A stretch of 64,000 bases of DNA, taken from contig CAJJCZ010000006.1 in the NCBI GenBank assembly GCA_905182795.1, positions 3,264-67,263 on the forward strand. Reading direction: 5' to 3'. Positions 19,571-30,117 of the stretch are shown here, piece by piece (position 1 is the stretch's first letter; the number at the start of each line of letters is the position of its first letter). This DNA comes from an uncultured bacterium (GTDB lineage: Bacteria > Fidelibacterota > Marinisomatia > Marinisomatales > Marinisomataceae). A model generated the notes under the pieces. The model did no database searches, had not been told where the DNA came from, and saw only the letters and a list, made by a program, of their open reading frames with translations. A program made the position numbers and the translations under genes.

Positions 19571-20482
19571 TTATCGACTAAAAATTTTACTAAAAATATT
19601 TTTAATAATATATCCTGCCATTTTAGGATTCTCTTTTAGTCGCCTAATAGAATAATCATACCAATTATCTCCATAAGGAACATATACACGTACTTTATTG
19701 CCTTCTTTGATTAATTGTTGGAGCTTTTTTTCCATTGGTACTCCATGTAAGATTTGAAATTCATATTGACTGGTAGAAATTTTATTCTCTTTAATCCATA
19801 TATATAATTTATCAATTAGATATTCATCATGGCTGGCAATTCCTACATATGAACCTTTTATAAGTGCACGCTGAACTAGTGCAATATAATTATCTCTTAT
19901 TTTTTGATAACCCCTGTAAGCTATATTTTCATTCTCAACATATATACCTTTACAAATTCTGACATTAAACATTTCATTAGCTAATGTATCTATATCATCC
20001 ATCGATCTATGCATGTAAGCTTGTAGTACGATCCCAACATTAGAATAATTTTCAAATACTTTTTTATATAGATTAATTGTTTCTGATGTATATGGTGAGT
20101 TTTCCATATCAAGACGTAAAAAATTATCATGTTTTTTTGCAGCATCTATTAGGATCATTAGATTATCTTTAACCAAATCATATCCCAAATCTTGACCTAT
20201 ATGAGTTAATTTGATAGATAGGTTTGCATCTAAGTCTTGTAGTGCAATTCTATCATATAAATTTGCATAGCGTTTAGTAATTTCAGCCGCCTCTTCCTTT
20301 GTTGCTACATGTTCTCCTAAAATATCAATGGCAACATCATACCCCTTATCATTTAACTTTTTTACATTAGTTAACATTTCATCATCAGTAATACCTGCGA
20401 TGTAAGGAGATGCCACAAGACGAACAAAAATCTTTGGCAAAAAAGGAATGATTTGAATTATCAAATAATTTATTAATTTCAT
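19571..20482 (-). CDS. Proline dehydrogenase (monofunctional)
   Basis: 303 aa with the TIM-barrel PRODH pattern (DILGEHV, LSIKLTHIG, LRLDMENS, IVLQAYMHRS, VRICKGIY, IASHDE, FQILHGV). Confidence 0.8.
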   Translation of the reverse strand: MKLINYLIIQIIPFLPKIFVRLVASPYIAGITDDEMLTNVKKLNDKGYDVAIDILGEHVATKEEAAEITKRYANLYDRIALQDLDANLSIKLTHIGQDLGYDLVKDNLMILIDAAKKHDNFLRLDMENSPYTSETINLYKKVFENYSNVGIVLQAYMHRSMDDIDTLANEMFNVRICKGIYVENENIAYRGYQKIRDNYIALVQRALIKGSYVGIASHDEYLIDKLYIWIKENKISTSQYEFQILHGVPMEKKLQQLIKEGNKVRVYVPYGDNWYDYSIRRLKENPKMAGYIIKNIFSKIFSR

Positions 20483-20529
20483 ACCAGATAAATTTAAGAA
20501 ATAAACAAATTAATGAAAGCAGTATTAAA

Positions 20530-21738
20530 ATGAAGGCAGTATTAATTATAGGAGGAGCGGTATCAGGTTCAACCGCTGCAAAAAAATTGACAGCAGAAGG
20601 AATTCGTTGTGTTGTCATTGATCAAAACCATATGCCCTATGGAAAAATTGAAGATGGACTTCCAAGATGGCATGATAAGCAACGTACTAAAGAGTATTTC
20701 AAAATTGACGATATTATGTCCCATGAATTAGTAGATTTTGTTCCGCTTACTAGATTAGGTAAAGATTTAGATTTTAAAGATATCTATGATATAGATTGGA
20801 GTTGTATTTATTTTGCAAACGGTGCATGGAACGACAGATCTTTTCCGTTTACTGAAATCGAAAAATTTTCAAACTTTTATTATCAGAATCCATTTGTGTA
20901 CTGGTTTAATCACTATCATGAAGCTAGCTATAATGGACCTTCAGTAGATGTTAGGGATAATGCTTTGGTAGTAGGCGGAGGACTTGCGTCTATTGACGTA
21001 TGTAAAATTATACAGTTAGAGCTAGTAAAGCAGAAGGTTGAATCACAGATTGAAGGTTTTGATATTGTTGAAATGGAACATAAAGGTGTTGCAAAATATC
21101 TAGAGATGCATGACATAGATTATAATACGCTTAATATTCATGGAGCTACTCTTGTATATCGAAGAGATGTAGAAAATATGCCTTTGACAACTATTCCCGA
21201 TAATGCAGATACTGAGATGGTTGCAAAACGTAAATTAGCTCGAAGAAAAGTTCTTGAAAATATGAAAAATAAGTTTTTGTTTAATATTGCAGAATGTACT
21301 CAACCAACTGGATTGCACGTAGTGGATGAGAAGTTAGAAGGTCTTAAAATTATTAAGAATGAGATTATAAACGGAAAACCAGTTGCCATTGAAGGGTCAG
21401 ATGATACTTTAAAAGGAAGTATTATAATAAGTTCAATCGGAAGTCTGCCAGAACCGATTGAAGGAGTGCCTATGGATGGCTCAACATACAATATTGTTGA
21501 TAAAGAATCTGGAAAATTTGATAAACTAGATAAAGTTCATGGAATGGGTAATGCTGTAACTGGTAAAGGTAATATTAAAGCTTCTAGAGTTAGCGCAAAA
21601 ACAGTAGGAGATTTAACAATTGACTTGCTAGAAGATGTAAGTTCAGAGACGATTAATATGATTGATAATAAAGTCAAAGCTTGGCAAGAAAAAGTATCCT
21701 ATGATGGAAATTATTTTGAATGGAAAGCTAAAAAATAA
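20530..21738 (+). CDS. FAD/NAD(P)-binding oxidoreductase (two-dinucleotide-binding-domain family, specificity unknown)
   Basis: N-terminal Rossmann motif VLIIGGAVSGSTAAKKL and a second motif ALVVGGGLASIDV. 402 aa. Confidence 0.65.
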   Translation: MKAVLIIGGAVSGSTAAKKLTAEGIRCVVIDQNHMPYGKIEDGLPRWHDKQRTKEYFKIDDIMSHELVDFVPLTRLGKDLDFKDIYDIDWSCIYFANGAWNDRSFPFTEIEKFSNFYYQNPFVYWFNHYHEASYNGPSVDVRDNALVVGGGLASIDVCKIIQLELVKQKVESQIEGFDIVEMEHKGVAKYLEMHDIDYNTLNIHGATLVYRRDVENMPLTTIPDNADTEMVAKRKLARRKVLENMKNKFLFNIAECTQPTGLHVVDEKLEGLKIIKNEIINGKPVAIEGSDDTLKGSIIISSIGSLPEPIEGVPMDGSTYNIVDKESGKFDKLDKVHGMGNAVTGKGNIKASRVSAKTVGDLTIDLLEDVSSETINMIDNKVKAWQEKVSYDGNYFEWKAKK

Positions 21739-21835
21739 CTTTTTTTCTATTTCTTTAAATATTATCTAGAACTCACCCATCTTTTTTATTACTTTCTCAT
21801 GTCCGGAATAAGGGTGAAACTAAGCACCTACATTT

Positions 21836-23173
21836 ATGCTAAAAATAAAAGTTAAAAAAGGTCATAATATTAATATTGCTGGAGTCGCATCTAGAGAAAT
21901 CTTGGCACCTCAAAAAAATAATACTGTTTCTTTATCTCCTGAAAATTTTAGATACATCAAACCAAAACTTCTAGTTAAAGAAAATGATACTGTAAATCTA
22001 GGAGATCCTATATTTTTTGATAAGTTATCTCCTGCAGTTAAATGGCCAGCAATTGCATCTGGTAAAATTTCAAAAATTATTTATGGAGAGCGAAGAGCGA
22101 TAAAAGAAATTATTTTTAGTGTTGATCCTAGTCTTGAAAATAAAGACTCTAATGTTGAGCAAAAAAAATTATCCAATAAGGATGATATAATTAATTATTT
22201 ATTAGAAAAAAATATGTGGCCTTTTATTACACAAAGACCATTTAATAAAGTTGCAAACCCTTCAGATAATCCAAAATCTATTATTGTTAGCTTGGCAAAT
22301 ACTGCTCCTCTTTCAGTTGATTATAATTTTACATTATCATCAAATAAAGATACTATTATTAGCGCTCTAGCAAATTTAAAGAAATTGACAGAAGGAAAAC
22401 TATTTGTAGTTGTTAACCCTGGCGAATTTGATTATCTATCCGACTTAGATTTTGTAGATGTTGTTCAAGTAGAAGGACCACATCCAGCTGGTAATGTCGG
22501 AGTTATACTTAATAATATTAGTCCTATTAATAGTAAAGATGTTGTTTGGACAATACAGGGACACCATTTACCTATTCTTGGCAAATTATTCTCTGATGGT
22601 GTGTTTGATCCATCTATTACTATAAACTTAAGTGGACCTGTCGTAAATAATCCTTCTTATTTTAAATCAAGAATTGGTGCTTCATTAGAATCTTACTGCA
22701 AAGGAAGTTTATCTACAGATCAAGTAAGAATTATTTCTGGAGATGTGCTGACAGGAAAAGAGTCTATGATGAATGGATATTTAGGTTTTTATCATTCTTC
22801 CATTTCTGTAATTGAAGAATCTTTTGATAGATCGTTTATAGGTTGGTTGCATCCTGGAGGTTCATCAAAGTATAGTATTTTTAATGCATATTTCGGGAGT
22901 AATAAATCTCCTTACAATTTTACAACTCTTCAAAATGGTAGTCATAGAGCTTTTGTTCCTATAGAAGCATGGGAAAAAGTATTTCCAATGGATATCTATA
23001 TCAATGCTTTGCTCCGTAGTATTGAAGCAAATGACTTTGAAGAGATGGAAAAATTAGGCATTTATGAATGCGATGAAGAAGATGTGGCATTATGCTCATT
23101 TGTATGTCCAAGTAAAACTGATGTAGGTGCAATAATTAGAAAGGGACTAGACACAGTCTATTTTGATCAATAA
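21836..23173 (+). CDS. nqrA: Na+-translocating NADH:quinone oxidoreductase subunit A
   Basis: 445 aa with an N-terminal KVKKGHNINIAG pattern. It is the first gene of an uninterrupted nqrABCDEF series. Confidence 0.9.
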   Translation: MLKIKVKKGHNINIAGVASREILAPQKNNTVSLSPENFRYIKPKLLVKENDTVNLGDPIFFDKLSPAVKWPAIASGKISKIIYGERRAIKEIIFSVDPSLENKDSNVEQKKLSNKDDIINYLLEKNMWPFITQRPFNKVANPSDNPKSIIVSLANTAPLSVDYNFTLSSNKDTIISALANLKKLTEGKLFVVVNPGEFDYLSDLDFVDVVQVEGPHPAGNVGVILNNISPINSKDVVWTIQGHHLPILGKLFSDGVFDPSITINLSGPVVNNPSYFKSRIGASLESYCKGSLSTDQVRIISGDVLTGKESMMNGYLGFYHSSISVIEESFDRSFIGWLHPGGSSKYSIFNAYFGSNKSPYNFTTLQNGSHRAFVPIEAWEKVFPMDIYINALLRSIEANDFEEMEKLGIYECDEEDVALCSFVCPSKTDVGAIIRKGLDTVYFDQ

Positions 23174-23174
23174 A

Positions 23175-24350
23175 ATGAATTTTTTAAAAAAAATATTAGC
23201 AGAATCTGGTAAACTCTTTGAAGAGGGAAAACCCTTATCATTTGCATACCCTCTATGGGAAGCTACTGATACAATATTATTATCAACAAATTCTCAAAAT
23301 AAGTCAGGTCCACATATTAGAGATAATATGGATATTAAGAGAACAATGTTTTTTGTTGTTATTGCTCTAATACCATGTTATTTATTTGGAGCTTATAATA
23401 TTGGATATTTGCATTCAGCAGCTATGGGTGTCCCTAGCTCTATCTTAAGTGATTTTATATTAGGGATGACTTACGTTCTACCGATTTTAATTGTTACTTT
23501 TATAGCGGGAGCAATTTGTGAAATCACCTTTGCAGTTATTAGAAAACATGAAATTAATGAAGGATTTCTTGTATCGTGTGCACTCATTCCATTGACAATG
23601 CCACCAGATATTCCATTATGGCAATTATTTATGGGAACTTGCTTCGGAATTATAATCGGAAAAGAAATCTTTGGAGGTGTCGGTACTAATGTATTTAATC
23701 CGGCATTAACTGCACGTGCTTTTATGTACTTTGCTTTTCCAACAAAAATTTCAGGTGAGAAAGTATGGGCTGTAGGTCCTGATGGTTATACTGGAGCAAC
23801 TGCACTTTCAATACCAGCAAATCCAACAGAATACGATACGGCAACAAATTTATTTAATCAAGTTACACAGTTTGATTTTTCAACACTTAATCTATTTTGG
23901 GGATTAATTCCTGGATCTATAGGGGAAACCAATAAGCTTCTAATTCTTTTAGGAGGATTATTTTTGATTTATTGTGGTATTGCTTCATGGAGAATTATGA
24001 TAGCATCAGTATTGGGTTTAGTATTTACTGCCGGACTATTTAATCTTTTAGCAGATTATTCAACGAATGCTATGCTAACTATTACGCCACTACAACATAT
24101 TCTAATTGGCAGCTTTTTATTTGGAACAGTATTTATGGCTAGCGAACCGGTAACATCTACACATACCAATAAAGGAAGATGGATTTATGGATTTATGATT
24201 GGATTGTTAACAGTGATTATCAGATCTGTAAACCCAGCTTATCCTGAAGGAGTAATGTTGGCGATATTAATTATGAACATGTTTGCACCATTAATAGATT
24301 ATTATATAGTTAAATCAAACATCAATATGAGACTTTCGAGAAATGCATAG
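23175..24350 (+). CDS. nqrB: Na+-NQR subunit B
   Basis: Polytopic protein with GTNVFNPALTARAF and the FMN-attachment context YTGATALS. ATG 23175 is preferred to TTG 23163. Confidence 0.9.
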   Translation: MNFLKKILAESGKLFEEGKPLSFAYPLWEATDTILLSTNSQNKSGPHIRDNMDIKRTMFFVVIALIPCYLFGAYNIGYLHSAAMGVPSSILSDFILGMTYVLPILIVTFIAGAICEITFAVIRKHEINEGFLVSCALIPLTMPPDIPLWQLFMGTCFGIIIGKEIFGGVGTNVFNPALTARAFMYFAFPTKISGEKVWAVGPDGYTGATALSIPANPTEYDTATNLFNQVTQFDFSTLNLFWGLIPGSIGETNKLLILLGGLFLIYCGIASWRIMIASVLGLVFTAGLFNLLADYSTNAMLTITPLQHILIGSFLFGTVFMASEPVTSTHTNKGRWIYGFMIGLLTVIIRSVNPAYPEGVMLAILIMNMFAPLIDYYIVKSNINMRLSRNA

Positions 24351-25056
24351 TAACAATTATACATTAGGTTTTGTTTTTATTGTGACTGTTATTTTAGGAA
24401 CACTACTGTCATTCACAAAAGAAAATGTTAGAGATCTACAAGAGTATAATCTGAAGGCAGATGTAAAGAAAAATATTTTACGATCACTAAATTTCGTGGA
24501 AACAGAAAGTGAGCCCTGGTCTAATGAGGTTGTAGAAAGAATATTTAATAAAAATGTTCAAGCATTTTGTGTTAATACAAATGGAGATCTTGTTGATTGT
24601 ATTCTTGAAGAGGTTGATACTGAGAGAAATATTGAAGTATTACCAGTCTATTTAAAAGTTGTAGATAATAAAACTGAAGGAATTGCAGTACCTGTTGCTG
24701 GGAAAGGACTATGGTCTACAGTGTTTGGTTATATTGCATTAGAACCTGATACAGATACTGTTCTTGGTATTCAATTTTATAAGCACGGTGAAACTCCAGG
24801 ATTAGGGGGAGAAGTTGAAAAGGCTTGGTTCACAAATAATTTTGTGGGTAAAAAAATTAGATCTAACGATGATAAAGTTATTGGTATAGAAGTTTTGAAG
24901 GGTAAAGTGGACTCTTCTAATCCTTACTCTATGCACCAAGTTGATGGTATTTCAGGTGCAACTGTAACAGGCAAGGGAGTAGGTAGCTTTCTAAAAGAAG
25001 ATTTAGGAAGATATGAATCATATTTTAATAAGGTAAGAGCTGATGGAACTATTTAA
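24343..25056 (+). CDS. nqrC: Na+-NQR subunit C
   Basis: Single TM segment plus the covalent-FMN motif [14 protein letters not shown]. Confidence 0.9.
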   Translation: MHSNNYTLGFVFIVTVILGTLLSFTKENVRDLQEYNLKADVKKNILRSLNFVETESEPWSNEVVERIFNKNVQAFCVNTNGDLVDCILEEVDTERNIEVLPVYLKVVDNKTEGIAVPVAGKGLWSTVFGYIALEPDTDTVLGIQFYKHGETPGLGGEVEKAWFTNNFVGKKIRSNDDKVIGIEVLKGKVDSSNPYSMHQVDGISGATVTGKGVGSFLKEDLGRYESYFNKVRADGTI

Positions 25057-25696
25057 TTCAGAATCAAAGAAAATTATTAACGATCCAATAAACGTTAATA
25101 ATCCAATCTCATTACAGGTCCTTGGAATTTGTTCCGCTCTAGCTGTAACAATTCGTTTAGATCAAGCTATTATAATGACATTGGCAGTGATTTTTGTATT
25201 ATGTTCATCGAATGTAATTTTATCTCTTATTCGTGACTATATCCCTTCTCGAGTTAGAATTGTAATTATGTTATCTGTTATTGCATCCCTTGTTTCTGTA
25301 GTCGATGAATTATTACAGGCCTATTTATATGATATGAGTAAGCAGTTATCAGTATTTGTTGGTCTAATTATTACTAATTGTATCATTATGGGAAGAGCAG
25401 AGGCATTTGCACTAAAAAATGGGCCTTCAAAAGCATTTTTAGATGGACTTGGTAATGGTCTTGGATATGGAATGATAATTATTATTGTATCATTTTTTAG
25501 AGAATTATTTGGTGCAGGTACTATTACTTTACCTGATGGCGGTGCAGGTTATGTACTATTCAGTATTCCTGAAGCTTGGTATGCAGCAGGCTATGAAAAT
25601 ATTGGCTTACTAGTATTGTCACCCGGTGCATTTTTCATATTAGGACTAGTTATTTGGACGCAAAGAGAAATTTTTGGAATTGAGGAAGGTGAATAA
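25043..25696 (+). CDS. nqrD: Na+-NQR subunit D
   Basis: [18 protein letters not shown] and the [14 protein letters not shown] motif. Confidence 0.9.
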   Translation: MELFNSESKKIINDPINVNNPISLQVLGICSALAVTIRLDQAIIMTLAVIFVLCSSNVILSLIRDYIPSRVRIVIMLSVIASLVSVVDELLQAYLYDMSKQLSVFVGLIITNCIIMGRAEAFALKNGPSKAFLDGLGNGLGYGMIIIIVSFFRELFGAGTITLPDGGAGYVLFSIPEAWYAAGYENIGLLVLSPGAFFILGLVIWTQREIFGIEEGE

Positions 25697-26346
25697 TGGG
25701 TGGTTTTGAAGATTATCTAAGTATTTTTACTAAAGCGGTATTTATTGAGAATATTGTTTTAGCATACTTCTTAGGACTATGTTCATTCTTAGCTATTTCT
25801 AAGAGCATAGACGCCTCTGTTGGTATTGGAATGGCTGTAGTTGTTGTTTTAACTATTACTGCTCCTATCAATTGGTTTATCTATGAATTTTTATTAGCTA
25901 AAGGTGCGTTGGTTTGGTTAAACCATTTACCATATGGTCTTAGTCTTAGCTATGATTTTTCTAATACAGATTTAAGCTTTTTAAAATTGATTGTCTTCAT
26001 TTCTGTAATTGCAGCGATGGTACAATTAGTAGAAATGTTTATGGAGCGCTTTTCTCAGTCTCTATATAATAGCTTAGGAATCTTTCTTCCTTTAATTGCA
26101 GTTAATTGTTCAATATTAGGCGGTTCTTTATTTATGGTGGAAAGGGAGTATGATGTTACCCAGACAATCGTATATGGTTTTGGTTCTGGAGTTGGTTTCT
26201 TTCTAGCTATTGTGGCCTTAGCATCAGTGAGATATAGATTACGCTATTCTAACATACCTCCAAGATTAAGAGGAGTAGGAATGGCAATGCTATTAACAGG
26301 GTTACTTTCTATGGCATTTATGGCATTCTCGGGGATTGATTTATGA
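25696..26346 (+). CDS. nqrE: Na+-NQR subunit E
   Basis: ENIVLAYFLGLCSFLA and LIAVNCSILG motifs, paralogous to NqrD. Confidence 0.9.
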   Translation: MGGFEDYLSIFTKAVFIENIVLAYFLGLCSFLAISKSIDASVGIGMAVVVVLTITAPINWFIYEFLLAKGALVWLNHLPYGLSLSYDFSNTDLSFLKLIVFISVIAAMVQLVEMFMERFSQSLYNSLGIFLPLIAVNCSILGGSLFMVEREYDVTQTIVYGFGSGVGFFLAIVALASVRYRLRYSNIPPRLRGVGMAMLLTGLLSMAFMAFSGIDL

Positions 26347-27572
26347 TGAATGATGTTTTTATCGGTATAGTAGTTTTTAGCTCAGTGATTCTTTTATTAG
26401 TTATTGTATTAAATGGTTTGAGTAGTATTCTATTGCCTCAAGGTGAAGTGACGATAGTTATTAATGACGATCCAGACAAATCTATAACTGTTGATACTGG
26501 AGGAACAGTATTATCTGCCTTAGGATCGCAGAATATTTATTTACCATCTGCCTGTGGTGGTCAAGGTACCTGCTCTCAATGTAGATGCCAAGTAGTTGAA
26601 GGTGGGGGAGATATTCTACCTACCGAAGCAGCGTATATCAATAGACAAGATCAAAAAGATAATTGGAGATTAGGTTGTCAGGTAAAAATTAGAAATGATA
26701 TGAAAATTCAAGTTCCAGATGAAATTTTCAGTATTAGAAAATGGGATGCAGTTGTTAAGTCTAACGACAATGTAGCAACGTTTATTAAAGAATTAATTCT
26801 TGAACTTCCAGAGGATGACCCTATTGTTTTTCAATCAGGTGGATATATCCAAATTGATGTTCCTCAGTATAAAGATTTAGATTATAAGAATTTTGAAATA
26901 CAAGATATGTATACTAGCGATTGGGATAAATTTGATATATGGCAGTATAAAGCTGAAAATAAAGAACCAGTATTTAGAGCTTATTCTATGGCGAATCATC
27001 CAGCGGAGGGTAATATGATTATGTTAAATATACGTATTGCTAGTCCTCCACCTAATAATCCGAATGTTCCTCCGGGAATTGCATCTTCTTATACTTTTAA
27101 TTTGAAAGAAGGAGACAAGGTAACTGTGTCGGGACCATATGGAGAATTTTACATTAAAGATACGGATCGTGAAATGGTATATATCGGAGGTGGAGCAGGA
27201 ATGGCTCCATTAAGATCTCATATTTTTCATTTATTAAAAACAGAAAAGACAACACGTAAAATTTCCTTTTGGTATGGCGCTCGATCTGAAAAAGAAATGT
27301 TTTATGATGACGAATTTAAAGCTCTAGCCAAAGAGTTTGATAATTTTACTTATCAAGTAGCTCTCTCAGATCCTCTTCCAGAAGATAATTGGGACGGTCC
27401 CCAAGGCTTTATTCATCAAGTTGTAAGTGATATGCATCTTGAGAAACATGAAGATCCTACTGAGTGTGAATATTACTTGTGTGGTCCACCTATGATGATT
27501 AGCGCTGCACAGAATATGCTTTGGAATTTAGGTGTTGAAGAAGATATGATCGATTATGATGATTTTGGGTAA
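26343..27572 (+). CDS. nqrF: Na+-NQR subunit F
   Basis: TM anchor, 2Fe-2S ferredoxin motif CGGQGTCSQCRC, FAD motif RAYSMAN and an NADH-binging GGGAGMAP. Confidence 0.9.
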   Translation: MMNDVFIGIVVFSSVILLLVIVLNGLSSILLPQGEVTIVINDDPDKSITVDTGGTVLSALGSQNIYLPSACGGQGTCSQCRCQVVEGGGDILPTEAAYINRQDQKDNWRLGCQVKIRNDMKIQVPDEIFSIRKWDAVVKSNDNVATFIKELILELPEDDPIVFQSGGYIQIDVPQYKDLDYKNFEIQDMYTSDWDKFDIWQYKAENKEPVFRAYSMANHPAEGNMIMLNIRIASPPPNNPNVPPGIASSYTFNLKEGDKVTVSGPYGEFYIKDTDREMVYIGGGAGMAPLRSHIFHLLKTEKTTRKISFWYGARSEKEMFYDDEFKALAKEFDNFTYQVALSDPLPEDNWDGPQGFIHQVVSDMHLEKHEDPTECEYYLCGPPMMISAAQNMLWNLGVEEDMIDYDDFG

Positions 27573-28575
27573 TAGATCTTACTTATGTATTTTATTTTTA
27601 ATCAGCTGTAACTCTTTAGATAATTCTCCACAAAAAAATACATATCATTTTCCAACCATATCTGGCAGTACTATGGGAACTACATATTCAGTTAAATATT
27701 CCACGGATATAAAGAGTAGTGATGACATCAAACAAAATAGAAATAAGATTGAAGAAATTTTGAGTGATGTTAATATGCAAATGTCTACATATATCGCTGA
27801 TAGCGAAATATCAGAGTTTAATAGAATGAAAACCACCGAATGGATGGATATATCTGAAGACTTTGCTTTTGTAGTACAATCTTCATTTGAGTATTATAAA
27901 CTATCTGATGGACTATATGATATCACTGTTATGCCCTTAGTTAATCTTTGGGGCTTTGGTCCGGATAAATTTATAGATATTCCAACTACAACGAACATAG
28001 ATAGTGTTTTAGCCTTCATAGGCCAAGATTTAATTGAGGTTGAAAGCAACAGAATCAGGAAAAAAGATCCGAGAGTACAAATTGATTTAAGTTCTATAGC
28101 TAAAGGCTTTGCTGTAGACAAGATTATTGAAAGCTTAAACTATGATAATATTTTTGTAGAAATTGGTGGAGAAGTTCGCTCTAAATCAAATGAAAAGATT
28201 TGGAAAGTTGGTATCAATACTCCATCAATAGATAATATATCAAATGAAATTGAATATATTGCTCCAATTAAAAATGGATCTATTGCAACTTCAGGTAATT
28301 ATAGAAATTTTTATATTGATAAGGATAATAGATTCTACCATCATGAAATTAATCCTTTAACAGGGTATCCTATCATGTCCAAACTAGCATCTATATCCAT
28401 TTTTACTGAAACATCATGTATGGAAGCAGACGGTTTAGCAACAGCACTCTATATGATGGAAGTAAATGATATAAACAGTTTTTTTGAAGAAACAGATATA
28501 GAAGGATTAATGATTTTAGTTGAGCCAGACATGAGTTTCAAAAAAATAGTTTCAGAAAATTTTCCTAAGAATTAA
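27556..28575 (+). CDS. apbE: FAD:protein FMN transferase (flavin transferase for NqrB/NqrC), lipoprotein
   Basis: Lipobox-like LFLISCN, SEISEFN, the ApbE core IAKGFAVD and ATSGNYRNF. It sits directly downstream of nqrF. Confidence 0.85.
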   Translation: MMILGNRSYLCILFLISCNSLDNSPQKNTYHFPTISGSTMGTTYSVKYSTDIKSSDDIKQNRNKIEEILSDVNMQMSTYIADSEISEFNRMKTTEWMDISEDFAFVVQSSFEYYKLSDGLYDITVMPLVNLWGFGPDKFIDIPTTTNIDSVLAFIGQDLIEVESNRIRKKDPRVQIDLSSIAKGFAVDKIIESLNYDNIFVEIGGEVRSKSNEKIWKVGINTPSIDNISNEIEYIAPIKNGSIATSGNYRNFYIDKDNRFYHHEINPLTGYPIMSKLASISIFTETSCMEADGLATALYMMEVNDINSFFEETDIEGLMILVEPDMSFKKIVSENFPKN

Positions 28576-28733
28576 ATATTACTTTCACAACGATCTGGTT
28601 CACCACCACAGATTTCACATCCATCAGGAGAATCTCCACATGCTTTTTTAAGAGGTCTATTTTTAAAAATTAGCCCAATATTCATAGCTAATGCACATAG
28701 TCCAAATATTATAATTACTATTAAATATTCCAT
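28572..28733 (-). CDS. 53-aa single-TM, four-Cys mini-protein, NqrM-like Na+-NQR maturation factor candidate
   Basis: It is not in the ORF track. The minus-strand ATG (complement of 28731-28733) gives MEYLIVIIIFGLCALAMNIGLIFKNRPLKKACGDSPDGCEICGGEPDRCESNI*. This is one TM helix, a basic stretch and a C-terminal 4-Cys cluster. Its stop codon overlaps the apbE stop. Confidence 0.5.
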   Translation of the reverse strand: MEYLIVIIIFGLCALAMNIGLIFKNRPLKKACGDSPDGCEICGGEPDRCESNI

Positions 28734-28803
28734 GCAGCAAATTTAAATAATATTTATTCGATTTTGGTCATTTTTTATATTCATTTGATTTAAATTGTTT
28801 TTT

Positions 28804-30117
28804 ATGGAATTACTAAATCATCCAGTAGGTATTGCATCTCTAATTTTATTCGTGATTGCATATGCATTTGTAATGACAGAAGAGGTCACACATCTAAGAA
28901 AATCAAAACCTGTTTTATTTGCAGCTGGTATTATTTGGGCAATGATAGCTGGAGTTGGAGTAAAGCGTGGTCATTCAGATCATGTAGAAGAAGCAATTAT
29001 GCATGCATTTTCTGAATTTTCTCAATTAATGTTATTTCTTTTAGTCGCTATGACATTTATTAATTCGATGACAGAACGAAATGTATTTGAAAAATTAAGA
29101 TCAAGATTACTAGCTCAAGATTATTCTTATAAAAAATTATTTTGGATTACTGGTTTTATGGCATTCTTCTTATCTCCAATAGCAGATAATTTAACTACAG
29201 CTCTAACTATGTGTGCTGTTGTAATGGCCGTTGGAGTGGGTAATAAAAATTTTGTTAGTATAAGTTGTGTTAATATCGTTGTTGCCGCGAATGCAGGAGG
29301 AGCATTTAGTCCATTTGGTGATATCACAACTTTAATGGTATGGCAAGCAGGTTATGTAGAGTTCACACAATTTTTTGCATTATTTATTCCCTCTTTAGTC
29401 AATTTTATAATTCCGGCTTTCATTATGAGTTTCTTTATTGATGGTTCGTCTCAAGATGTAGTTAATAATCCAGTTCAATTAAAGCGTGGCGCAAAAACTA
29501 TTATGCTTCTATTCTTAGTAACAATACTTTTAGCAGTTTCATTTGAAAATTTCCTTCATATTCCACCTGTTTTTGGAATGATGACTGGATTTAGTTTATT
29601 ACAATTTTTTGGTTATTATTTGAAGCGTACTTATTCCGCACCGAGAGCTATTGCAAGAGATGGATCAGATCAACCTTTTGGAGTTTTTAAACAAGTAGCT
29701 CAAGCAGAGTGGGATACGTTACTTTTCTTTTATGGTGTAATTATGTGCGTAGCAGGATTATCTGAAATAGGATATTTAGCAGTATTAAATACTTCTCTTT
29801 ATGAAGGATTAGGTTTTACAGCAGCTAACTCATTGATGGGTATTATTTCAGCTTTAGTAGACAATATACCCGTTATGTTTTCTATTATTCAGATGCATGA
29901 TACAACAACAATGAGCCTAGATCAATGGCTGCTAATCACTCTAACTGCAGGAGTGGGAGGGAGTTTACTATCAATTGGGTCTGCTCCAGGAGTTGCGTTG
30001 ATGGGGCAAGCAAAAGGCGTATATACTTTTTCTAGCCATCTAAAATGGTCAGGAGTTATTTTTATTGGCTATGTCGCTAGCATTTTAACACATTTATTAA
30101 TCTGGGATCTCCTTTAA
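28804..30117 (+). CDS. nhaD: NhaD/ArsB-superfamily Na+/H+ antiporter
   Basis: About 437 aa, polytopic, with NhaD-like segments (FLSPIADNLTTALTM, VVAANAGGAFSPFGDITTLMVW, SALVDNIPV). ATG 28804 is preferred to TTG 28795. Confidence 0.65.
   Translation: MELLNHPVGIASLILFVIAYAFVMTEEVTHLRKSKPVLFAAGIIWAMIAGVGVKRGHSDHVEEAIMHAFSEFSQLMLFLLVAMTFINSMTERNVFEKLRSRLLAQDYSYKKLFWITGFMAFFLSPIADNLTTALTMCAVVMAVGVGNKNFVSISCVNIVVAANAGGAFSPFGDITTLMVWQAGYVEFTQFFALFIPSLVNFIIPAFIMSFFIDGSSQDVVNNPVQLKRGAKTIMLLFLVTILLAVSFENFLHIPPVFGMMTGFSLLQFFGYYLKRTYSAPRAIARDGSDQPFGVFKQVAQAEWDTLLFFYGVIMCVAGLSEIGYLAVLNTSLYEGLGFTAANSLMGIISALVDNIPVMFSIIQMHDTTTMSLDQWLLITLTAGVGGSLLSIGSAPGVALMGQAKGVYTFSSHLKWSGVIFIGYVASILTHLLIWDLL

Noticed and set aside
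21739-21835. A possible structured leader or riboswitch upstream of nqrA (CCGGAATAAGGGTGAAACTAAGCACC).
   Set aside because: I cannot match it to any riboswitch class or draw a convincing conserved fold. It probably just contains the nqr promoter and SD.
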